From Candidatus Saccharimonadota bacterium (GTDB lineage Bacteria; Pseudomonadota; Gammaproteobacteria; Enterobacterales; Enterobacteriaceae): a stretch of DNA of 32,000 nt. The position numbers and the translations under genes are program-made. The notes below the pieces were generated by a model. That model was not told the DNA's origin. It did not search any database and saw only the letters and a list, made by a program, of their open reading frames with translations. The DNA lies in NCBI RefSeq assembly GCF_012571795.1, contig NZ_CP046222.1, positions 819-32,818 on the forward strand, read 5' to 3'. Shown here piece by piece: positions 1-12,730 of the stretch (the first letter of the stretch is position 1; every line of letters starts with the position of its first letter).

Positions 1-1234
<1,234 letters not shown>

Positions 1235-1304
1235 TATTATAATTACTCTATGTGGAGAACGTTCTGAAAAACATTTTATTATTATATAAAATTTTTAATT
1301 ATAA

Positions 1305-1316
1305 GTTCTTTGAAAA
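1305..1316 (+). promoter_or_regulatory. boxA-like antitermination element in the 16S-23S spacer
   Basis: GTTCTTTGAAAA resembles the E. coli rrn spacer boxA GCTCTTTAACAA, and its position in the ITS is appropriate. The match is imperfect in an AT-rich background. Confidence 0.35.
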
Positions 1317-1380
1317 TTTGGTTATTATATAATTATTTTAACATAGTATTTTTTATAAATACTATATAAAATTATTGAAA

Positions 1381-1396
1381 CGATTGTGGGTTGTAA

Positions 1397-1403
<7 letters not shown>
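1381..1403 (+). other. 5' strand of the 23S end-to-end processing stem (RNase III-type), pairing with 4323-4346
   Basis: CGATTGTGGGTTGTAAGGTTAAG (1381-1403) is complementary to CTTAACCTTACAACACCAGAATCG (4323-4346) apart from one bulge and one mismatch. The stem brackets the mature 23S ends. Confidence 0.6.
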
Positions 1404-4331
<2,928 letters not shown>

Positions 4332-4393
4332 ACAACACCAGAATCGTTTTTATTATTGTAACTTATTTAAAATTAGATTATATAATTTAATTT

Positions 4394-4517
4394 TGATCCT
4401 AGTATATATAACGCAATGGTACCACCTGAATCCATACCGAACTCAGAAGTGAAACGTTGTAGTGCCGATGGTAGTATGGGGTTTCCCCATGTAAGAGTAG
4501 GAAAATACTAGGATCAG
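4394..4517 (+). rRNA. rrf: 5S ribosomal RNA
   Basis: CCACCTGAATCCATACCGAACTCAGAAGTGAAACG..GCCGATGGTAGT..GGGGTTTCCCCATG..AGAGTAGG matches enterobacterial 5S. Helix I pairs GATCCTAGTA with TACTAGGATC. Confidence 0.93.
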
Positions 4518-4546
4518 AGTAAAACTTTATCAGTATTTTTAATAAA

Positions 4547-5572
4547 ATGTTATCTTTAAAAAAATTTCATACTTTTCATACAAAGGTTTATGCATATAAT
4601 ATTATTAAAGTATATAGTATTAAACAGTTATGTGATATATGGAAATTATATTATCAAAAATTAATACCATGTCTGATATTAGGAAATGGCAGTAATGTAT
4701 TGTTTACCACAAATTTTCAAGGGATTGTTTTAATTAATAGAATTAAGGGAATAACAATTAAATCAGATAACTTTTATTGGTATTTACATGTTGCTGCAGG
4801 AGAAAACTGGCATAATTTAGTACAATATACTATTGAAAATAATATGTATGGATTAGAAAATTTAGCATTAATTCCTGGATGTATTGGAGCGGCGCCAATA
4901 CAAAATATTGGGGCTTATGGTGTTAGTTTAGAAAATTTTTGTATTTATGTAGATATAATAAATTTATATAATAAAAAAAAAAGTAGATTAAATAAATATG
5001 CATGTAAATTTTCCTATAGAAGTAGTATATTCAAACACATAAAATATCATAATCATGCTGTTATTGCATTGGGTTTGGCATTACCAAAAAAATGGTATCC
5101 TAATTTAAATTATAAAGATTTAAAATATTTAGATTATAATATTACTGCACCAAAAGTTTTTAAATATATATGTAATATTAGAAAAAAAAAAATACCTAAC
5201 CATAAATTATTAGGTAATGCAGGTAGTTTTTTTAAAAATCCATTATTATCAAACAAAATCGGGATGAATATTATTAAAAAATTTTCTAATATTCCCTATA
5301 TTTTAGAAAATAATCAAATAAAAATATCAGCAGGTTGGTTAATTGAAAAATGTAAATCAAATAATTTAACTTATCATGGTGCTACAATATACTCTAAACA
5401 ATCATTAATTATTATTAATAAATATAATGCTTCAGGTCAAGATATAATAAAATTAGCTACAAAAATTTATTATTTAGTTGGTCAGAAATTTAATATTTGG
5501 TTAGAACCTGAAGTTAGAATAATAAATAGTTATGGCGAAATATTGCCATACCATATTTTCAAAAAACATTAA
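4547..5572 (+). CDS. murB: UDP-N-acetylenolpyruvoylglucosamine reductase
   Basis: 341-aa ORF with an ATG start. MurB motifs are present: GNGSNVLF, LIPGCIGAAPIQNIGAYG, YRSSIFK, GNAGSFFKNP, SAGWLIEKC. It lies immediately downstream of an rrn operon, as E. coli murB does with rrnB. Confidence 0.93.
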   Translation: MLSLKKFHTFHTKVYAYNIIKVYSIKQLCDIWKLYYQKLIPCLILGNGSNVLFTTNFQGIVLINRIKGITIKSDNFYWYLHVAAGENWHNLVQYTIENNMYGLENLALIPGCIGAAPIQNIGAYGVSLENFCIYVDIINLYNKKKSRLNKYACKFSYRSSIFKHIKYHNHAVIALGLALPKKWYPNLNYKDLKYLDYNITAPKVFKYICNIRKKKIPNHKLLGNAGSFFKNPLLSNKIGMNIIKKFSNIPYILENNQIKISAGWLIEKCKSNNLTYHGATIYSKQSLIIINKYNASGQDIIKLATKIYYLVGQKFNIWLEPEVRIINSYGEILPYHIFKKH

Positions 5573-5606
5573 ATATAAAAAAATAATATTTGTGTAATAG
5601 TAAACA

Positions 5607-6050
5607 TTATTTATTAAGTTTTTTTAAAATTAAATTTAATGCTAAATAATATCCTTCTATACCACAACCTATAATAATACCTTGAGATATATCTGAAAAA
5701 AATGATTTTTGTCTAAATAATTCTCTTTTATATATATTTGTAATATGTACTTCAATAAATGGAATATTTATACCTAATAAAGTATCTCTTAATGCAATAC
5801 TTGTATGTGTAAACGATGCAGGATTAAAAATGATATAATTAATATTTGTACTATATTGTACTAAACTATTAATTAGTATATACTCAGCATTAGATTGTAC
5901 ATGACTTAACATACAATTTTGTTTTTTAGCAATAATTTGCAGTTCTTTAATAATTTTTTTTAAAGATATATTACCATATTTATTAGGTTCTCTAATACCT
6001 AATAAATTAATATTTGGTCCATTAAGTACTAAAATATGATTAGATTTCAT
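5607..6050 (-). CDS. aroQ: 3-dehydroquinate dehydratase, type II
   Basis: 147 aa. ILVLNGPNINLLGIREPNKYG, NPASFTHTSIALRD and IPFIEVHITN align along the full length of E. coli AroQ (150 aa). Confidence 0.92.
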   Translation of the reverse strand: MKSNHILVLNGPNINLLGIREPNKYGNISLKKIIKELQIIAKKQNCMLSHVQSNAEYILINSLVQYSTNINYIIFNPASFTHTSIALRDTLLGINIPFIEVHITNIYKRELFRQKSFFSDISQGIIIGCGIEGYYLALNLILKKLNK

Positions 6051-6307
6051 TATTAAAATACCTTAAAATATTAAAATATTAAAATATTAATTATATTAAA
6101 ATTATATACAATTAATATTTTTTTATAAAACAATAAATAATATTATTATTTTAATTTATAATTAATTTATCTTCAAAATATTTTAAAATAAATATTTTTG
6201 ATTTAAAATATAATAATTTATTTATTTTAAAGATAATGCTATTATTAATAGCATATTATTAATATAAGTTAATCTTAATCCTATATAACGATACAATATA
6301 ACATTAG

Positions 6308-7363
<1,056 letters not shown>

Positions 7364-7398
7364 ATTTTTATTATAATTAAAATAATTGCATAAAATAT

Positions 7399-8223
7399 AT
7401 GTTTAAAAAAAAATCTACTGTAAAATTTAAAATTATTATTATATCTATTATAATTATATTATGTATATTAATAAATAAATATGTTTATAATACTAATATA
7501 ATAAAACAATTAATTAAAAAAAAAATTAATTTTGTATATGTGTTAGTAAATACACCTTATTGTATATTTAAAAATATAAATGATAAATTTTCTAGTAGTC
7601 AAAATATTAAAAAACAAAATAATTATTTATATAGAAAATTACTTTTACAAAGTATTAATTTATTTACTTTAACAACAGAAAAATATAATTTAGAACAAAT
7701 AAATAGTATCACTAATTTAAATATAAATGTTAATAATAATATAAATAAAAAAATTTTTGGAGAAAGAATACCTATTTTATTGCCTTTATATTATGATAAA
7801 ATTTTTATTAATAAAGGCACAACAGATTATGTATCACTAGGTGCAATTGCTCTAAACGAAATAGGATTTATAGGACAAATTATTACAACAAAAAAACATA
7901 ATAGCGAAATATTACTATTATGTAGTACAAATAGTTCTATTTCTGTAAGATTAAAAAATAATAATGTAAAATTAATTCTTAATGGTACAGGATGTAAATA
8001 TCCAATTACATTAAAATCTACATATATACCAGAAAATGTTAATATAAAAATTGGTGATATCTTACTAACATCAGAATTAAATAATCATTATATAATTAAT
8101 TATCCTATTGGTTCTGTCATAAAAATAATTAATAATAAAAAATTACATGCTAATATAATATATGTAAAACCTTTAGTAAATATAGAACAAATTAAGTATT
8201 TGTTATTGATTAATTTTAAATAA
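7399..8223 (+). CDS. mreC: Rod-shape-determining protein MreC (shortened, lacks the Pro-rich C-terminal tail)
   Basis: It lies directly downstream of mreB and has an N-terminal TM segment. The C-terminal beta-domain aligns with E. coli MreC (KGTTDYV.., GFIGQIIT, ILLLCS, NGTGC, IKIGDILLTS, YPIGSV, YLLLI). Confidence 0.85.
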   Translation: MFKKKSTVKFKIIIISIIIILCILINKYVYNTNIIKQLIKKKINFVYVLVNTPYCIFKNINDKFSSSQNIKKQNNYLYRKLLLQSINLFTLTTEKYNLEQINSITNLNINVNNNINKKIFGERIPILLPLYYDKIFINKGTTDYVSLGAIALNEIGFIGQIITTKKHNSEILLLCSTNSSISVRLKNNNVKLILNGTGCKYPITLKSTYIPENVNIKIGDILLTSELNNHYIINYPIGSVIKIINNKKLHANIIYVKPLVNIEQIKYLLLINFK

Positions 8224-8237
8224 CATATATTTTAAAA

Positions 8238-8258
8238 AATCTAAATTTTTTTTAGATT
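8238..8258. terminator. Weak AT-rich hairpin between the convergent genes mreC and tusE
   Basis: AATCTAAA (8238-8245) and TTTAGATT (8251-8258) form an 8-bp stem with a TTTTT loop, flanked by A and T runs. It contains only one G-C pair, so stability is marginal. Confidence 0.2.
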
Positions 8259-8309
8259 ATATTAAATTTTTCTATTAATAAAATTAATGTTAACATAACA
8301 CAAAATATA

Positions 8310-8594
8310 TTATAAACATACATCTGTATAATTAATACCAGCTATAATTGCAGCTTTTTTTATAGGTTCTTGAGGAAATAGATGATATATATACATACTA
8401 TTACCTTTTTTTTCCCCATATCTTTCTCTAATAATATTAATTAATATTTTCATATTAGGTAATGTATTGAATTTACCATATAATTCTCTTAATAAATATA
8501 TAATTTCCCAGTGTTCTGGTGTCAAACAAATATTTTCTTTATAAGCTATTGATTCTGCTATATTTATATTCCAATTAACTATTTTATTTTTCAT
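8310..8594 (-). CDS. tusE: Sulfurtransferase TusE (DsrC family), 2-thiouridine sulfur relay
   Basis: 94 aa. LTPEHWEIIYLLRELYGKFNT, GEKKGNSMYIYHLFP and the C-terminal IAG....CL with the penultimate conserved Cys match E. coli TusE/YccK. Confidence 0.82.
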   Translation of the reverse strand: MKNKIVNWNINIAESIAYKENICLTPEHWEIIYLLRELYGKFNTLPNMKILINIIRERYGEKKGNSMYIYHLFPQEPIKKAAIIAGINYTDVCL

Positions 8595-8630
8595 TATATT
8601 ACTAATGTTAATTATTTTTAAGATAATATT

Positions 8631-8715
8631 CGGAGGAAGAGAGATTCGAACTCTCGAATAGTTTCCTATTGCCGGTTTTCAAGACCGGTGCCTTCAACCA
8701 CTCGGCCATTCCTCC
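8631..8715 (-). tRNA. serT: tRNA-Ser (anticodon UGA)
   Basis: The reverse complement is GGAGGAATGGCCGAGTGGTTGAAGGCACCGGTCTTGAAAACCGG..long variable arm..GAGAGTTCGAATCTCTCTTCCTCCG. It forms a cloverleaf with anticodon loop CUUGAAA. No CCA is encoded. Confidence 0.93.
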
Positions 8716-8799
8716 AAAATAAAAGAACACTTAATTTCTGTAATGTAGTATATAATATTTAATAAATAATTAAAAGTAATTTTAAAAAAGAAATAAAAT

Positions 8800-9663
8800 A
8801 TGACAAACAATATATCATATGGCAATTTATATATTGTACCAACACCTATAGGTAATTATAATGATATTACACAAAGAGCATTAGCAATTTTAAATAAAGT
8901 AGATTTTATTTTATCAGAAGATACACGTAAAACAGGTATTTTATTAAAATATTTTAATATAAATAATAAATTATATTCTTATTACGAATTTAATGAATAT
9001 AAACAAACTATTAATGTTATTAAAAGTTTGCAAAACGGCAAAAATATTGCATTAGTATCAGATGCTGGAACACCATTAATTAATGATCCAGGATATAGAA
9101 TAGTACAATTATGTCGTACAAAATTTAATAATACAATAAAAATTATACCATTAGGTGGGCCATGTGCAGCAATTTTAGCATTATCAGCATCAGGTTTGCC
9201 TACGAATCGTTTTTGTTATGAAGGATTTTTATCTAAAAAAAAAAATAAAAGAATAAAAAGATTACAAGAATTAAAATTTGAATATAGAACATTAATTATT
9301 TATGAATCAAAACATCGTATTTTAAATTGTTTATATGATATAAAAAATATATTTGGAGAAAATAGATATATAGTAATTGCAAAAGATCTTACAAAAAAAT
9401 GGGAAAATATTCATGGTGATACTGTATTTAATTTAATTAATTGGATAAATTTAGATAAAAATAGACTAAAAGGCGAAATTGTACTAATTGTTCAAGGATA
9501 TAATCAAACTGTAATAATAAACAACAATGATAAAATAATAAAAATATTATATGAATTAAAAAAAGAATTATCAACAAAAACAGCTATTAAAATTGTATCA
9601 CAAATATATAAAATTAAAAAAAATATATTATATAAATTAATAATATCAAAAAATATTGATTAA
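8800..9663 (+). CDS. rsmI: 16S rRNA (cytidine1402-2'-O)-methyltransferase
   Basis: 287 aa. LYIVPTPIGN..DIT.RAL, SEDTR.T..LL, SDAGTPLINDPGY and YESKHR are typical of the RsmI/YraL tetrapyrrole-methylase fold. Confidence 0.9.
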   Translation: MTNNISYGNLYIVPTPIGNYNDITQRALAILNKVDFILSEDTRKTGILLKYFNINNKLYSYYEFNEYKQTINVIKSLQNGKNIALVSDAGTPLINDPGYRIVQLCRTKFNNTIKIIPLGGPCAAILALSASGLPTNRFCYEGFLSKKKNKRIKRLQELKFEYRTLIIYESKHRILNCLYDIKNIFGENRYIVIAKDLTKKWENIHGDTVFNLINWINLDKNRLKGEIVLIVQGYNQTVIINNNDKIIKILYELKKELSTKTAIKIVSQIYKIKKNILYKLIISKNID

Positions 9664-9694
9664 TGTATTATAATATAATATAATACATAAGGTA

Positions 9695-10060
9695 TGGGTT
9701 AATTAAAACAGTCGCTTGTGTACTTTTAATAAGTATACAAGAGGAAAGTCCGGACTCCATAGGGTTATGATGCCAGATAATAACTGGGAAGTGTAAACTT
9801 ACGAATAGTGCAACAGAAAAAATACCGCTATAATATATATTTATCTATATATAGTAAGGGTGAAAAGGTGTGGTAAAAGCATACCGATATATTAGTAATA
9901 ATATATGTCTATGTAAACTCCATCAGGAGCAAGGCTAAATAAAGGTTTGTATATATTAACCCGTATAAAAAACCTGGGTAAGCTGCAAGAAATAATAAGT
10001 AATTATTATTCTAGATAAATGACTGTTCTTTGACAGAATCCGGCTTAACGATTAACCTTT
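9695..10060 (+). ncRNA. rnpB: RNase P RNA (bacterial type A)
   Basis: Conserved cores are present: GAGGAAAGTCCGGACTCCATAGGG, AGTGCAACAGAAA, GTAAGGGTGAAAAGGTG.GGTAA.AGC, GTAAACTCCA..GGAGCAAGG..AAATA, and ACAGAATCCGGCTTA. P1 forms between GGTTAAT (9697-9703) and ATTAACC (10051-10057). The end coordinates are good to a few nt. Confidence 0.92.
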
Positions 10061-10922
10061 ATATATGAATATTATTATTATAAGATTCATAAGCAGATAA
10101 AGTATTATACATTAACATAGATATTGTAACAGGACCTATACCACCTGGGACTGGTGTGATGTATGATGCTTTAGATGTAGCTGTTATAAAATCAACATCT
10201 CCTACAATTTTATTATCTATTCTATTAATACCTACATCTATAACAATAGCATTATACTTTATCCATTTTCCTGAAATAAAATTTGGTTTTCCAATGGCTA
10301 CAACTAATAAATCAGCACATTTTATATGATATTTTAGATTTACAGTAAAACGGTGTGTAATAGTTACAGTACAACCTAATAATAATAATTCTAATGCTAT
10401 AGGTCTTCCTACAATATTTGACGCTCCTACTATTACAGCATGTAATCCACAAGCATTAATATGATAATATTTTAATAATTTTATAATACCTAATGCTGTA
10501 CAAGATCTAAATAATGGTTTACGCTGATATAATCTACCTATATTATAGGCATTTAATCCTTCAATATCTTTTTTTGGATCTATAGTATTAAAAATTGTAG
10601 TCTGACACAAATGTTTTGGTAATGGTAATTGTATTAATATACCATGAATATTATTATCTTTATTTAAAGAATGAATAATATTTATTATTGTTGTTTCTTT
10701 AGTATTATATGGTAAATAATAATCATACGAAACAAATCCTAATTGTTTAGATATATCTAGTTTTTTATTTATATATATTCTTGAAATAATATCATTACCA
10801 ATTAAAATAACTCCTAATCCTGGTGGTTGTAATTTATTAAATTTAATAAATTTAATTTTTTTTTTTATATTTTGATAAATTTTATTAGCAAATATGTAAC
10901 CATCAATAATTTTAGCATTCAT
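10059..10922 (-). CDS. folD: Bifunctional methylenetetrahydrofolate dehydrogenase/cyclohydrolase
   Basis: I place the start at the ATG at 10922 (MNAKIIDG.., compare E. coli MAAKIIDG). An AGGAGAG SD precedes it and the product is 287 aa, against 288 in E. coli. The longer track ORF (start 10988) adds 22 residues with no homology support. GxSxxVGxP and PGGVGP-type motifs are present. Confidence 0.92.
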   Translation of the reverse strand: MNAKIIDGYIFANKIYQNIKKKIKFIKFNKLQPPGLGVILIGNDIISRIYINKKLDISKQLGFVSYDYYLPYNTKETTIINIIHSLNKDNNIHGILIQLPLPKHLCQTTIFNTIDPKKDIEGLNAYNIGRLYQRKPLFRSCTALGIIKLLKYYHINACGLHAVIVGASNIVGRPIALELLLLGCTVTITHRFTVNLKYHIKCADLLVVAIGKPNFISGKWIKYNAIVIDVGINRIDNKIVGDVDFITATSKASYITPVPGGIGPVTISMLMYNTLSAYESYNNNIHI

Positions 10923-11010
10923 AAAAATGTACTCTCCTATATATATTTTAATAAATATTAAAATTTTATATATAAAAATATATTTCATGTGTTATAATAT
11001 TTACTATGAT

Positions 11011-11083
11011 GCGCTCTTAGCTCAGTGGATAGAGCAATAGCCTTCTAAGCTATTGGTCACAGGTTCGAATCCTGTAGAGCGCA
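11011..11083 (+). tRNA. argU: tRNA-Arg (anticodon UCU)
   Basis: GCGCTCTTAGCTCAGTGGATAGAGCAATAGCCTTCTAAGCTATTGGTCACAGGTTCGAATCCTGTAGAGCGCA forms a cloverleaf with anticodon loop CUUCUAA. No CCA is encoded. Confidence 0.93.
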
Positions 11084-11129
11084 AGATTATATAGATATAA
11101 TAATACATATTGTTTATTAATAATATATA

Positions 11130-12296
11130 TTACATTATAGAATGTACAGATTTAAAAGCATGTTCTAAATCGTTTATAAGATCTTGTACATCTTCAATAC
11201 CTACTGAAATTCTTAGTAATAAATTAGAAATTCCTGCTTGTAACATTTCTTTTTTAGATATACAAATATGAGTCATACTAGCTGGATGACAAATTAAACT
11301 TTCTACACCCCCTAAAGATTCGGCTAAAGTAAATAAAGTTAATGTTTGCAAAAATTTTTTTAACATATTATTTGAACCATTAAATTCAAAACTAATAATA
11401 GCACCAAAACCTTTTTGTTGTTTTTTTGCAAAAATATGTCCAACATTTTCTTTTAATGAAGGATGATATATCTTTTTTACTAATTTTTGTTTTTTCAAAT
11501 AATTTATAATTTTTAGAGTATTTTTTTGTGCTTTATATAATCTTATATATAATGTGCGAATACCTCTTAATAATAAATAATCATTTAATACAGAACTTGT
11601 AATCCCTATATTATTAGCCCACCAATATAATTTATTTAACAAATTATTTTGTTTAGTAATAATTGCTCCTGCAATTAAATCTGAATGTCCATTTAAATAT
11701 TTAGTACAAGAATGTATAACTAAATCAGCTCCTAATTTCAATGGATTTTGGAATACAGGACTTAATAATGTATTATCAATAATACTAATTGCACCTATTT
11801 TATTTATTTCAGAACAATAAAAAGGTAAATCAACAACATTTAATAATGGATTACTTGGACTTTCTATAAAAACTATCTGAGGTTTTTTTAATAAAGCAGA
11901 AAGAAATGTTTTTTTACAAAACATATTAATAAAATGAACATTATATATATTTTTTTCTAATAAACTTTTAAATAATCTATAACTACCCCCATAACAATCA
12001 TTAGGACAAATAATCAAATCTCCTGGTTTTAATAATGTAATAATTGCTAAATATATAGCAGACATTCCACTATTTGTGACAATTGCTCCAATACCATTTT
12101 CTAATGATGCAATAGTATTTTGTATAATATCTCTTGTAGGATTTTTTTTTCTAGAATAATCATATTTTCTAGATTTTTTATAATCTTTAAAACTATAATT
12201 ACTAGATATATAAATAGGAGGTATTACACATCCATATTGTTTATCTATATTTAAACCATTATGTACTACTACAGTTTTTTTTTTATAATTAATCAT
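11130..12296 (-). CDS. metB: Cystathionine gamma-synthase (PLP-dependent)
   Basis: 388 aa, colinear with E. coli MetB: QYGCVIPPIY, YDYSRKKNPTRD, TNSGMSAI, CYGGSYRLF, ESPSNPLL, HSCTKYLNGHSD (PLP Lys), WWANNIG, FTLAESLGGVESL, LRISVGIED. Confidence 0.88.
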   Translation of the reverse strand: MINYKKKTVVVHNGLNIDKQYGCVIPPIYISSNYSFKDYKKSRKYDYSRKKNPTRDIIQNTIASLENGIGAIVTNSGMSAIYLAIITLLKPGDLIICPNDCYGGSYRLFKSLLEKNIYNVHFINMFCKKTFLSALLKKPQIVFIESPSNPLLNVVDLPFYCSEINKIGAISIIDNTLLSPVFQNPLKLGADLVIHSCTKYLNGHSDLIAGAIITKQNNLLNKLYWWANNIGITSSVLNDYLLLRGIRTLYIRLYKAQKNTLKIINYLKKQKLVKKIYHPSLKENVGHIFAKKQQKGFGAIISFEFNGSNNMLKKFLQTLTLFTLAESLGGVESLICHPASMTHICISKKEMLQAGISNLLLRISVGIEDVQDLINDLEHAFKSVHSIM

Positions 12297-12447
12297 ATTT
12301 AATATATTAATAATTTTATATTAAAATATATATAAATATATACTAAATTAAAAATTAATTCTAATAATATTAGATTTTATTATATGAAATTTATTTATTA
12401 CATAATAAAATATAAATAATATTTATAAAAAAGAAAATAATCATATA

Positions 12448-12520
12448 TGGGTCGTGCAGGATTTGAACCTGCGACCAATTGATTAAAAGTCAACTGCTCT
12501 ACCAACTGAGCTAACGACCC
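12448..12520 (-). tRNA. lysV: tRNA-Lys (anticodon UUU)
   Basis: The reverse complement is GGGTCGTTAGCTCAGTTGGTAGAGCAGTTGACTTTTAATCAATTGGTCGCAGGTTCAAATCCTGCACGACCCA, with anticodon loop CUUUUAA. No CCA is encoded. Confidence 0.93.
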
Positions 12521-12529
12521 TATATTTTA

Positions 12530-12602
12530 TGGGTGATGACGGACTTGAACCGCCGACAACCTCCTTGTAAGGGAGGGACTCTACCAACTGAGCTAATCAC
12601 CC
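12530..12602 (-). tRNA. valU: tRNA-Val (anticodon UAC)
   Basis: The reverse complement is GGGTGATTAGCTCAGTTGGTAGAGTCCCTCCCTTACAAGGAGGTTGTCGGCGGTTCAAGTCCGTCATCACCCA, with anticodon loop CUUACAA. It is divergent from gltX, as the val-lys tRNA cluster is in E. coli. Confidence 0.93.
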
Positions 12603-12730
12603 TAAAAAATAAATATACTCTATGCTATATTTATTTATATAAATAAGTCAACATTTATTTTAAAAAAAATAATATATATATTATAAATCATATATAATAA
12701 TTAATATTTAAAAAATATAAAAAATATAAT

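Noticed and set aside
6063-6090. Tandem TTAAAATA x3.5 repeat upstream of aroQ
   Set aside because: It is a short low-complexity A/T microsatellite in an intergenic region that is almost all A/T. It has no spacer structure or repeat-unit length compatible with a CRISPR array or iterons.
9664-9687. Inverted repeat TGTATTATA-N6-TATAATACA between rsmI and rnpB
   Set aside because: It could be a terminator or part of an rnpB promoter (it contains TATAAT). The stem is almost entirely A-T and such repeats are expected by chance, so it is not strong enough to call.
10923-10988. 22-codon N-terminal extension of folD in the track ORF
   Set aside because: The extension (MKYIFIYKILIFIKIYIGEYIF) has no counterpart in FolD. 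The internal ATG at 10922 has a strong AGGAGAG SD and restores the canonical MxAKIIDG N-terminus.
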